Shown one piece after another: positions 21,805 to 33,858 of a stretch of 34,234 nucleotides of DNA. How positions within the stretch are numbered: position 1 is the stretch's first letter; every line of letters starts with the position of its first letter. The stretch is from Ancylonema sp. Its lineage: Eukaryota. The position numbers and the translations under genes are program-made. Below the pieces are notes generated by a model, which was not told the DNA's origin, ran no database searches, and was given only the letters and a program-made list of their open reading frames with translations. The DNA is taken from the NCBI GenBank assembly GCA_050230475.1, contig JBFLGF010000049.1, forward strand, positions 62,001-96,234, read 5' to 3'.

Positions 21805-24800
21805 GTGGTATCAGAGCACGTTACTGCATTCTGGATGGAGATTAAGTTACCTTTCAAGCATGGAGATCTAAAGCCTCAGCTACTCTTGATGATGCTTAGT
21901 GCCTTGAGATCTGCAAAGGAACAGAGACTATTCCAACTTACAGCCAGATATGATGATGAACACTGGCCAACAAATGAAGCAGAAAGGAGCAGTATACACT
22001 TGATGTCAGAAGCTTCCGAAAAATATCAAAGAAGGCAGTCATGCTCCTCATGCAATTTGTCAGTGACGACATCGCTACATCACTTGAACAATTTGAACGA
22101 GATCCAAAGGCTATGTGGGACTATCTGACAGAGGAGTATGACAAGGTGTCTCCAGAACTTCGACAGATTGCAAAAGAAAAAGCTGAACTCTTTCAAGATC
22201 GATGAAAAGATGCCAGTCGGAGAAATCAAGAATACTTTTCTGTCGATCATCAGAGAGTGTGTACATCAAAAATTTACAGTCAGCGCAGAAGATAAGGTGA
22301 TGGCATTGTTTGCTGGCATGTCAAGAACAAAATACGGCATGTTGAAGAAGCTTTACTATGGGCAGAAAGAGGCACCTGAGATCAGCTGGATCTAGGGGCA
22401 GATGGGAATGGATGAGTTGGACGACAAGAAAGAAAAGGATGTCAAAGATGCTGAGGCACTAGTTGTAGAGGCAAACTATGCTAAGTGGAGCCAAGGCAGA
22501 GGTGGTGGTATCGACAATCGTGGAGGCAGGGGTACATTCAGGGGGTATTCAGCAGATAATCGTGGAATCAGAGGTGGTCGTGGAGGCAGAGGTGGAGGCA
22601 GTGGATCAAGTGGAGGACATTCCTGCTATACTTGTGGAGAGACAGGTCACTACAGCAGAGACAAGAAAAACGAAGAATGCAAATATTGTGGAGCCATTGT
22701 GGAATTAACATGTTTCGACAAGAAAAACGAAGCTCCACGAATGCAAAGAAAGGGGGTACGCACTGGGAGAAACACAACTTTCGTTGGCGAAATCGATGAG
22801 GGGAAGAGCTGTGGTCATGCAGAAACTATCATCGCTGAAATCTATGGAGGAAATGTTGCAGATAATGATGATGAAAAATTTCCTTTTCGACGATGGTTCC
22901 AGTCACCATTCCTGTGGACAGAAAAAACTTTTCAAAATCCTCGAAGACATTCCACACGAGGTCATCATGCATCATCTGGTCGGAAGTGTGCGAGTGAAGC
23001 AGTGGGGAACAATAGCTGTGAATACTGAGGGAGAGTGTGGAGGAGTAACACTCAAGAAATGTTTGTACATTCCTGGGATGCGGTCCTGTTCAGCGGTCAG
23101 AAAGCCAGAGAAGCAGGGTGGTCTTACACTTGCAGTGGATGGAAAAGCTGGTGGCATCATTCCAGTTTATTACAACAAATTTGGACAACAAGTCTGCACT
23201 CTGCAAGAAACAAACATCGACAGGTCGAAAAACTATAATCTGCACACTGGTTCGGCTTCAGCAACTTAGTGAAGGGGAAGCTCTTGTAGCTGCTGTCGAA
23301 ATCAACCTCCTGCACACAAGACTTGGGCATGCAAATGAGAGAGTGCTCAAAAATGTGGCACGACAACATCTTGTACGAGGGGAATGGAAGGAGGCATCTC
23401 AGGAGTTCTGCGAAACTGTGAAGGGTACAAGCTGGGGAAGGCACACGACAAACCTCATCCTCGACGAGAAGTTGGTGAAGGAGAACAAGTCTTCCTGGGA
23501 AGAGTGTCGGTGGACTTGGCAGGGCGTTCAATCCAGCATCAATAGGGGGAGGAGTGTACAACATGGTGCTCGTCGATGAATACAACCGAAAATCCTGGGT
23601 GGAAATACTTCGCTGCAAAGATGATGCAGCTCCTCGTCTGAAGCAATGGATCGCAATCTGGGAAAGACAAGCTGGGAAACCTGTTAAAAATCTGAGATCA
23701 GATCGAGGAGGAGAGATTTTATCGATGGTGATTCTGCCAGAAGTGGCTCAAAAACAGAGGAATCAGACATGAGACAACTCCGCCAAACACTCCTCAAGAC
23801 AATGCAATCACAGAGCGCATGAATCGTACGTTGCAAGACGGGGCTCGCTCTATGCTTTTGCACATGCAACTTCCTCCTGGTCTGTGGGCGAAGCATAGCT
23901 TCATACCTCAGAAATCGATGTCAAGTCAGCGGACTTCCAAAAACTCCAGAGGAGATGTGGTCAGGAGAAGTTCCAAAGATTGATCATCTTCGATCATTCG
24001 GCTGCAAAGTTTATGTGCGACTGGAGAAACAAGATCGGGCTGGGAAAATGAGTGCACTGGCTTGGCTTGGTGTGTTAGTTGGATGGAATCCCGACAGTCC
24101 TTGCTACCGAGTCTGGGATCTTGCAACGAACAAAGTACACAACTTTGGCACTGGTCATGCAGACTTCGATGAATCTGTCAAGCAAAAAGCTGGTGGAGGG
24201 GACATAAAATTGGCAAGAAGGCAAGAGTGCATGAGCCAGTTGCAGAAACAAAAATGTCATGGCCAGATCTGGATGCAGCTGATCAAGGAGGGGGTAGTGT
24301 TGGCCTCGGAGGGGGCATTTCTGGAGGTGGGCAACCTGCCTATGGCGATCCAAATTATGTCGATGAAGAGATCTTTGATGCTGTGGGAAATCCATTGCCA
24401 CAGCTTGCGAGATCCCCTCTTCCTCAGAGTGCAGATCTTCCAGAACTTGTCAGCAATTCTAGTGGAGGCGATGAAGACGAAGATCATCTGGAAGCTGGTC
24501 CAGAAGGTATCCAGATGATGCTACTCCTTTTAATCCACTTGGCGTGAACGACAACTTTCCAGAAACTTCTATCGATGATCCTGAGCCTATTCGTCGATCG
24601 CAAGGGAGAACAGAGGAATGCATCCCAACAGATTTGCTGTGCATTTGTTGCCAACTTGGAAAGTGAGATAAAGACACCGACGACTGTTGAGGAGGCTCTT
24701 AACAGCCCGCACAGCTCAGTGGAAAGTAGCAATGGCTGCAGAAATGACAAGTCTACAAGAAAACCAGGTCTATCGACTTGTGCCAAGGCCGAAGGGGAAG

Positions 24801-26215
24801 AAAGTTGTGAAGTCAAAGTGGGTGTTCAGGATCAAATTCAATGCAGATGGTTCTATATAAAAATACAAAGCAAGAGTTGTGGCTAAGGGATTCAGTCAAG
24901 TAGAGGGAGAGGACTACGATCAGATTCTCCAACTGTTCGTTTTGAGAGCATTCGCCAACTTGTCGCCATGGGAGCTTCCAAGGGTCTACACATGCATCAA
25001 TGGATGTAACGACAGCTTTTCTCTATGCACCCTTGGAAGAGGAGGTGTACATGGAGGCCCCTAACGGCACGTGTGGGCCTGCTGAAGCAGATTTGGTGTG
25101 GCTACTACTCAGGTGCTTGTATGGCCTCAAGCAGGCACCGAGAGGATGGAATCAGCACATCGACGACGTGCTGAAAAGCTTGCAGTTTCATCGTCAGGCT
25201 TCAGATTTTGGCCTTTACATTATGGGAGAAGGGCCAGAAGCACTCTACTTGGCGCTCTATGTGGATGATGTGTTTCTCCTCTGCATCAGGCTGGATACTA
25301 TTTTTGGGGTGATGAAAAGAGGGTTGGGAAAGAAGTATAACATGAAAGACCTGGGGGACGCAAAATTATTGCTGGGGCTTGAGATTAGACGGCAGTCTGA
25401 TGGAAACGTGTTTTTGGTGCAAGATAAATATGCCAGAGATCACCAAGTTTGGGATGTAAGAATGCAATTTTGCTGCTACTCCTCTTGAGCTGGGTGTAAA
25501 ATTTTCTACAAACTGTGAATCTGCTTCTAAATCTGGTAGAATAGAGGGTGTGGGCTACAAGTATGCAATGGGCAGTTTGCTGTATCTCACTTCTGGAACA
25601 AGACCTGATCTGGCAGCTGCTGTTAACTCCTTGTGTTGATACACTCAGCAGCCAGGGGACAAGCATTGGGAGGGGGTAAAGAGAGTTTTGCGATTCAAGG
25701 AAACTAATTTGGGGCTGATGTATAAGAAAAGAGGTGATTTGCCAGTCATCGGTGGTTACTCAGATGCTAGTCATGGTGATGACGTCGACACTAGGAAGGG
25801 GAGAACTGGCTATGTCTTTCTTAGTGGAGGAGCTGCTGTGAGCTGGAAAAGTGGTCTCATGGAAACAGTCACACACTCAAGCTGTGAAAGTAAGTATTTG
25901 GCATTGAGTGCTGCTGGAAATGAGGCCATTTATTTGAGCCAGATGCAAAAGGAGTTGGGTATTGGTGGGGGGAGTGTGCTATTGCTGGGAGACAATGAGA
26001 GTTATTTGAAACTTGCTGAGAATCCTGTTTTTCACAAGCGCTCCAAACACATCGAGATCAAGTATCATTCCATTCGAGTGAGGGTGTCCAAGAAAAAGAT
26101 CAGTCTAGAGTTTGACAAGAGTGAAGACCAGGCTGCTGATATGTTGACTAAAGCAGTGTCTGCCAAGGTGTTGAAGAAAAATTGTGATCTGGTGGGGGTG
26201 GTGTATGAAAAATAA
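21783..26215 (+). pseudogene. Disrupted gag-pol polyprotein of copia copy 2
   Basis: Same motifs as copy 1, including YVDD and RNase H GYSDAS...ADMLTK; multiple frameshifts and stops. Confidence 0.95.
21806..21817 (+). other. Primer binding site, initiator tRNA-Met (copy 2)
   Basis: tggtatcagagc, 1 nt after the LTR end. Confidence 0.92.
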
Positions 26216-26298
26216 ATTGTCGACTTGTGTTTTGTAAAATCGATATCGTTTTGGTTATCGTTTTTGGAGGGGGAATACAAAAAGACCCAGGGAGGGGG

Positions 26299-26747
26299 TG
26301 TTAGTTTTTAGGGGCTGTGAACTTTTGTCGTTATATCGATTTTAGCAATACCGGGAATTTAGCTTTAGTTTTGTCGTTATTCAGCTTTAGTTTTGTCGTT
26401 ATGCAGGCAGGCTGCAGGCCGGCTGCAGGCCGATGTCCTTGTTTCAATGATTACTTGGCCATCTGGCACAAGTAAGTATCGATAAGAACTAGTTGATGTG
26501 GCAGAATGCTTAGATATGATTGGCAAGTGACGAAGTAGTTTCGATACCGGCCGATTCTTTGACCAGACAACAATCGACTGTACTAGGTCTGAGCTTGCAT
26601 GCTGAATTCCTTAATCAGACTTTTTACTTCAAACTTGCACTTTTGTTTCAACGACGCCGAACGTTTGTGACGTGATCTGTCGATTCAAGAGTTGTCTGAG
26701 AGAGTTGTGTTTTATTCTTGCATCGATGGCAGAAGAAAGCACTCACA
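26299..26747 (+). repeat. 3' LTR of copia copy 2
   Basis: Follows the PPT; followed by TSD ttccc; carries a small internal tandem duplication near 26360-26402. Confidence 0.93.
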
Positions 26748-27915
26748 TTCCCTTGTTTGAGATGTATCATCGTCGTTTGTTGCTTTTGTGCTCACGCATA
26801 GTTTGCCTTGCAAACATCAAGAGTAGTTCTCCAACGGGTCACAACGTTCTGTGGAAGCGTTCGGAACACGTCCGTCAGCGTATGTGTCCGCGACGTCCGG
26901 AAACGCAGAGCATCAGGGAACTTCACAAGAGGAGTTTTACGAAGGCTTTGTTTGGAGGAATATGGAGATACTTCGGATTCACGGTCCTAGATCCTAGTTT
27001 CTACATGATATGTACCGGCGACACAACATGATCTAAACGCGTTTGGGCCACCAAAAAAATGGTGGGGGCTCCGGGGCGTTAGGAGCAAAATTCAAGACGC
27101 CCTAAAAAAATCGCCCTTATACATGTAAGTGTATGTAAGTACTCGGATGTTCGCCGGTTATTTGCGGATGCGTCAAGAATGCGTCCACTGGAGGACAAGT
27201 CTTCTTTTTTCCCGGGTCCGCAAGGCGTCCGTGTACTTCTAAGCATACATCTTTTGTTTATTTCCCGGGTTTCTCGGATTGTGAGATCTTGTACTCGCTT
27301 GAACTTTCTTGGCTATCCTACCTCGCCTTTCTCGACAAAGACGGGATAACGATTGAAGGCTTGGTAAAGAGTCGATATGCTAAAAGACTAGGGAAGGGTT
27401 TGACCATTGTAAATGGTATCGTGTATGATAGCAGAAGGCATATCTATCAATATACCCTTGTCTCATGGCCGGCTTATCTTACACCAGGTATGCCAATGCC
27501 AACGCGACTTGGCATGTGTTGGTTGCCTCAAGCAAACTAACTAGGTTAGAGGAGGAAGACGGCAACAATGATGGAAAACACTTAAATGGATTGCAAAGTT
27601 ACTCAAGACATGGTCCATCCTTTCGTTTTGAAAGCTGAAGGGTCCATTTGAAAACGGGTACACAAACTTTTTTTTTTCACGTGGCACCAAGTTTCATACA
27701 CGAAGCAAAAAAATGTGGTCCCAAAATTGATAGCAGGGACAAAGAGGTTCCCTACATTGCCAGTTCAGAGCTATTTCGTCCATTTGAAGTAAAGTAAAAA
27801 ATTGCTCCATACATCCAAACACATGCCTTCATAGCCTAGATGTAGAAACACCCATATGATAGTTATTAGCAAAACATCCTTTGCACATAATACCACAAGT
27901 GGCGACTTCCAACCT

Positions 27916-30900
27916 TCAAGTCCTGATCGCATTAACTACAGCGCAAATGATGCTAGCCACAACCAGAATAGACAATCCCAACGCCATGCATGTTGCAGAT
28001 TTGAGCGGATCGATCCCCAACCAAGCTGGCAAAGCATCCACAGGATCCTCCCCTCCCACCAGACCGCTCAAACTACTCCCCGGAGACGAATCCCCTTGCA
28101 GTCGACTCAACGTCCTTTCATCTCCACTTACCATTCCCCTGGCGGCCCCTTCCACATCTGCCTCCTGTACAAACGTTTGTTGTAATGACGAGGAATCCCC
28201 TGGACTGTCCTGAGGCCTTCCCTGCTCCTCTGCCTGCCACGTCACCTCTCCGCCACAAAATCTCCCCGCACCATCATTGCCAACCCACGACTCCCCCCCT
28301 CCCTTGCCTCCGTGCGTCCGTCCGTCCGCCCGTCCGTCCGTTGGAACGACATCCACTTCTGCAGGCTGCTCTGTGTCATCCCTCCCAACCGCACCCCCTT
28401 CTTTTGGTATCAGAGGTTCTGTCCCCCCACTGGACCACTCCCCCCCATCCCACTTCCTCCCACCCGACTCTCTGGACAGAGGGGAGAGTTCGTCGGTGAC
28501 GGAAATGATGCTTTTGAACCCTGGAGGGGAGCGTGCAGCCTGGGTGGGCGAGACGAACAGCGGTTTACTGGAGTCGGGGCGAAGGGGCGAGGGAGGGGTT
28601 GGGTAGGCTAAGAGCGCCGCCCGGTAGAGGAGGGGAGGGACCACAAAGTTGACCACACCTTGACACAGAATCGCCACCCAGTTGCAGAACTGCACCAGCA
28701 CCTGCACACAAAAAAAACGACAGCAACCTGTGAGACATGCCCATACAATCGGGAAGCATACCAACGATTTGTGAGTCTTTGAGGCAAATCCCCCTGGCCT
28801 CTGCTGCGGTGTTCTAGGGTCGCGGACACTCGGACATCTCCGAGTGTGCACCCCACCTCTGCCTTGTAGAAGAAGGCTGTGACCACCCAGGGCAGCACCA
28901 CCGCCGTCAGGAAGGCTCCTCGGGGGCCCATCACTTTGGCATTCAGCAGATTGTAGCGCACCATGATGGCCAGGACGGGGATACCCGGGAGGTAACCGCA
29001 CAAGCCCCAGGCATACACGGCCACCTGCACCTGCACAGGGACCTGCACGCCACAAACGGGAATGGGATCATTGTGGGCTCCGGTGCACACGGAATTCAGA
29101 GAGTCAGGTGGAAAATTGCGGGGCCGGTTACCTGTTGTGTGTTGTTGCAGTAGCTCTCCGGCCCCGCCCTGCCCACTAGCACAGAGAGAATGTTTTCGGT
29201 TCCGCGAATCGGGTGTCCGCTGGGAGAGAGGAGGCGGAAGGACCACGCACCCAGCACAGCTGCACACCCGAAAGACAATAGCGATTGGAATGGTAAGGGC
29301 ACAGCACAGTCACTGGCAGAAGAGACCGACCGAGAGGCATGCAGGCAGGCAGAAAGGCAGAACGGCAGAACGGCAGAAAGGCAGGCATGCATGCGAGGAG
29401 TTGATGGTTCCCGGTTTGGCATCTTCACCCAGTGTCATGTTGAGGCTCACAGCTGCCAGGGAGGGGCTCCACAGGGCCCGGTTAACCGGCACACCGCCCC
29501 GCTTCTCGTTCACCCAGGAGGGGATGGTGCTGACGTACGAGAAGGAGAAAAGGGCCAGCCCCATCACCTGACACCAACCGCGGTTCAGACCTCACCCCAC
29601 CCCTGCTGGTGGCTGGAGGCAACGAGGGTGAGGGAAAGCTGCGGACCTGCGAGACGTCTCCCCCTACGACCGGAGTTCTAGAGGGCCCGTTGCCTGGACA
29701 GAACTGGGGACTGCTTTCGGGAAGAACTTGCAGGTAGTGGATGATGAAATGCAGCGAGAATAGCAGCTGGCCAGCAGCCGACACCCACTGCAGCCCCATG
29801 TTTCCTCCCAGACTGAGCAGCCCCAAGGGGATGCACATCCCCGCAGCGACAAAGTAGCTGCACACACCAAAGGGAAGGAGAGGAGTGGCGATTCTGAGAC
29901 ATCTGCATCACGTGACCCTTTGCTGCACACGTGCGCTCCCATACACAAATGGGACAGGTGCTGGTGGTCCGAGTGGGATATTTGCAAACTGTGGCTGTAC
30001 CCGAGAGTGATGACCGAGGTGGAACAGGCTCCGGATGCGGTTGTGCCCCAGGGGCATAATTCAGTGGAGCCTCCCATGGAGTCCACTAACAGCTGCGGCG
30101 GCCACTTTCCGTAGCTGAACCCCATAGTGAAGCCTGCAGTGCGACTGACCAAGGCATCTAGGACCTGAAGGGAGAGACCACAGGCTAAGCTTTGGGGGCC
30201 GAGTCGCAAACGATGTGGATGGATGCCTCAGAGGTAATTTGGTCTTGCCTGGGCGACGACAATCATGGCAGCGATGTTGGAAGCGACGAGGCCAGCATTG
30301 AAGCCCACCTGCTTGGAAAGAACCGACCCGCATTAGATTCAGTATGCGCTTGACTTAGTGGACTTTGCACTTGTCCGTCCTTAGATTCTGACACGTACAT
30401 GCCAACACAATGTGCACTATTGGCTTGCAAATAATGCAGTGGGTAAGATCAGCTGTCGTGACCATGAATAAAACATAAGAGTACATACAAAGTCCGCCAA
30501 GCCTCTAAACCAACATTGGCTCGTCTCTGTCCCGCCAGAACTTCAGCTCAAATTATCGACCACTATCCCCAACCGCCTCTTTTAACCTACCATGGCAGCG
30601 TAGTAGCATCGGTTGCCTAGGTAATGGCGCACCAGAGTACAGTACTCATCGCGACGTCCGAATGATGCATTCCCGGGAATCCGCTGCATGGCTTCACACA
30701 ACATGGATGATGCTACACAGCTGAGAGCCCACAGGCCAAGGAGGGCGAGTGATGGCAGAAGCCACCCGGCCTGCTGGTAGAGCAAGGGTAGGACCACCAT
30801 TGCAGGGCCCGCAATATTGTTGAAGTTGAGAGCGCAGGAGCTACCGGAAAGGAAGGGTTGAGTGAGGATATGTAAAGACAAATGTAGAAGAAGAAGGACT

Positions 30901-31652
30901 CATCAACGTTAAGAAAAATACATGCCAGCGGCAAATGAAGAAAATGGACACTAGATGGAATACAAAACACTTCAATCGTACGGGAGACTGTACTGAGATT
31001 ATTCAGATCGTAACTGGCATGTCGATTTTTACGACAGGTGTGTCTGTAATCGCCAGTATTTAGTATGAATCGAAAGCGGCAGTACACTAGTGATCACAAG
31101 CTTCAATCGAATGCGTGCAGTATACAGCAGGCGATCCAGGACTGTGACTCATGTGGACTTGTTGCCGTGTTGTGGAAGCTGAAGGAGGCAAGTCACACTT
31201 GAGGATTTCAGACCAATTGTAAAGACGTACCCCCAAAAACTGATGCTCTTCTCCCCATAGCCCTTTGCGTCGGCCTCTGCCCATGCCTTGTCCTCCTCAT
31301 CCTGCTGTAAAATTGTCTGGTGGAGGGCTAGCGTGCAATCAGCATCTTGACCGTCCTCGAGAGAAACACTGCGACTCTTGGAGCTGCAAGATTTGTCACA
31401 CCGAAACTATGGTGAGCGATATGTTTAGATGGTGTACCTGGCAGTGGAAATCGGTGAATACCATTAATGACTTCGCAGTATGTGCTGACTGCCATCGACC
31501 ATTCATTTTGGTGGCCGCATCAGCTTCTTGCTGTCTTGTTTCCTTCTGCCAGACATACATACATATTCAACGACAGTGATGGCCAGTATGTCGATGATGC
31601 ATGCGACAGCTCACTTTGGAGAAGAACGCAGTCTAAAACTTTTCATCTCCAT
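27916..31652 (-). CDS. Transmembrane amino-acid transporter (Aa_trans/AAAP family), 10 exons, about 704 aa
   Basis: Exons (minus) 31652-31615, 31383-31231, 30840-30591, 30308-30249, 30164-30001, 29857-29647, 29567-29429, 29259-29132, 29042-28857, 28701-27916; phases consistent (2115 nt). Motifs GEKSISFWGSCALNFNNIAGPAMVVLPLLYQQAGW, LCEAMQRIPGN, FSFSYVSTIPSWVNEK, PGIPVLAIMVRYNL, NFVVPPLLY; many hydrophobic helices. The first exon is less certain. Confidence 0.88.
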
Positions 31653-31911
31653 GCCGATAAAACACTCGCGTCTGCTGAATCTTTTCAACACAGCAGATGC
31701 TTTTACGTTTTCCGCTGGGGACAGTCATGGAGGAACAACAGCGCTCCGTACTATGCTTTAGATGATCAGCCGATCAAGTCCTAGGCCAGACTGAACGCAT
31801 CTGCGGTCGCACTGACTTACCGAGAATGGAATTTCCACTGCAGCCATACGAGGCAATTTCAAACGAAAAGCGGGAATTTACTCCAACACGGCAATGTCGG
31901 CGCGTCCGAGG

Positions 31912-32701
31912 CAGGGATCGGGGAGCCCGCGAGCCCGCGAGCCCGCGGGATCCGAGCCCGTGATCCTCATTCTCTTCGCCAACGGGCTCGGAGGCCGATG
32001 GGCTCGCGTTTTCCGGGCTCAGCGAGCTCCGGGCTCCTAAGGGCTCGCGGCACGGGCTCCGACGGGCTCGGACGGACTCGGTTTCACCCACTACCGGCTC
32101 GATATTACCCAAAGAAAACCCGATAGAACCCCAATAGAACCCCGATAGAAGCCTCTGGAAGCCACTGGAGGCTGCCAGAGTGTAGAGGCCGCCACTCTTT
32201 CCGTCACTGTTCATTAATTGAGACATTAAATATGAGGTCTTGAGTGATTTTGTCCACTTTGTACAACATTGAGAAGCAGCATACTTTACCATGGCGGATG
32301 GTGGTAGTTCTTTCTCTCTCGTGGTTCCATTCTTTCTCTCAAGAGGATCGAGCGAGCCCGTTAGGAGCTTGTCGGGCTCCACGAGCCTGTTGAGCCCGAC
32401 GAGCCCGTCCGGGCTCGTTCACACGAGCCCGTTTTAGGAGCCCGTCGGGCTCGCGAGCCCGGATCCGGAGCCCCGGGGTTTTGGAGCGGGCTCCCCGATC
32501 ACTATTTTTTTTCATACACGATTGAGCCAGGGAACCCGTGGAGCCCGCGAGCCCGTTTGGAGCTCGTCGGGCTCCACGACCTCGATGAGCCCGACGAGCC
32601 CGTCATGGCTCGTCCACACGAGCCGGTTTTAGGAGCCCTTTGAGCTCGCGAGCCCGGATCCAGAGCCCCGGGGTTTTGGAGCGGGCTCCCAGCTCGGACT
32701 T
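31912..32701. mobile_element. hAT-type non-autonomous element with gagccc subterminal repeats and a duplicated right end
   Basis: Left TIR cagggatcggggagcccgc; matching internal right TIR ending 32504; second, degenerate right end at 32701; perfect 8-bp TSD gtccgagg at 31904-31911 and 32702-32709. Confidence 0.85.
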
Positions 32702-32712
32702 GTCCGAGGAGA

Positions 32713-32843
32713 AATGAAACCTGTCTTAATTAGTACAGTTATGATTAATAGCCTGTCTTATCTAATAGGACATATTGCGCCGTGTTAATTCATAACCTAT
32801 CTAAATAGTTTTTCCCGGTCCCTACAGGATTAATTACGACAGG
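32713..32843. mobile_element. Tc1/pogo-like MITE, relative of 6604-6776
   Basis: tgaaacctgtcttaattagta...taattacgacagg; interior collinear with the 6604 copy. Confidence 0.6.
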
Positions 32844-33285
32844 ACCCTGCCGCCCCTAGTTTGTACGATGCTGGTCCAGCCCAGCTGCCCACCATAACGG
32901 GCTGGAGGCTAGCGGAGGCTGGGTGGGGTCGGAAAAAGTTAGGGAAGAGTTTCCGTAACTCGACTCGAGTTAGGTATGCCTTTTGTGACTATGTTTGCAT
33001 GTGAAAACCACCACATTCACGAATGGGATGCACACGCACATCAGTACAGAAAGTAGCTAACATTCTATGCTTGTATATTGCAGAAGTATTACTCATGAGC
33101 GAGGTCAACTCGTAGTGTTTTTTAAGCAGGTTGTTGCTCGCTGGACTCTGGCCCCGCACCGAACGATCCATTGAGTGGAACCAGGCGCAATCCAAGCGGA
33201 TTTTCTTATTCCAAGAGAGTTTTTGTTTCCACTGTACATTTGAGCCCTCAATCTTCTCGCGGGCGTGCCGTGACACGTAGCGATC

Positions 33286-33858
33286 ATGGACTCGGATGAC
33301 GATATGCCTCCCCCACCACGGCGGCTGGCTTCTGATTTGTCAGGGTTCAACAGCGCCAACGTCCGGGTGCTGGGGATGAAGACTCCGAGGCGTAGTCAGC
33401 AAGAGCATGGGGGAAAGGAGCGGAAGGGAAGGTATGCACTCAACTGGTGGACCTCTTCCGGAAGCTGTTTTGTTATCACGCCGAATAAAATTGCTAATTT
33501 GATTAATCTATTCATGATGTGAAAAATATGGAACGGCCCACGGATCGTACAGTGCCGGCAGAGGGTTGTCATTTATTTTTTAGACATTCCCGCATTTTAC
33601 CTTCACGACGCAAACAGGAATGAACGAATCTGTGCTTACACGATGCTCTAGTAATGTCTACAAGCGCCCTTCCGCTCTTCAGAAATTTCGTCAGTGGCCG
33701 CCTCGCAAAACCCTCCTTATTCTTATTTTCAGTGGCAAACCCCGGAAGGCGCTGGACGATGGGGAAACTCCGGGGGGCGGAGGCGGGGGCGGGGGTGGGG
33801 GTGGGGGTGGGGGCAAAGGAGGCGCCAAAGCAAAATATCGCGGAGGCAAACTTAAAGA
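33286..33858 (+). CDS. Probable first two exons of an unidentified gene (low-complexity N-terminus), likely continuing downstream
   Basis: ATG 33286, MDSDDDMPPPPRR...; donor gaag|gtatgc at 33432; acceptor ttattttcag at 33732 in matching phase (SGKPRKALDDGETPGGG...); donor gtaaga at 33859. No domain recognised. Confidence 0.45.

Larger units (their letters stand above)
21356..26747 (+). mobile_element. Ty1/copia LTR retrotransposon, copy 2 (same family, independent insertion, decayed)
   Basis: TG...CA LTRs 21356-21804 and 26299-26747; TSD gtccc/ttccc; PBS 21806-21817; PPT agggaggggg 26289-26298. Confidence 0.96.

Noticed and set aside
6913..26747. The two copia copies plus the duplicated transporter end as one tandem segmental duplication
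   Set aside because: The copies have different TSDs and unrelated flanks, and each LTR pair shares diagnostic variants (gttatcaca vs gcactcaca), so they are independent insertions.
27040..27245. Helitron 3' end, or a pair with the cttaga...ggacac end at about 6426
   Set aside because: Small hairpins exist but lack a properly placed CTRR terminus; similarity to 6426-6470 is short and there is no shared TSD.
31912..32701. CRISPR-like or iteron array (gagcccg repeats); 202-aa ORF 31774-32382
   Set aside because: Short irregular motifs in both orientations without unique regular spacers, bounded by TIR and TSD, in a eukaryotic context; the ORF merely spans repeats.
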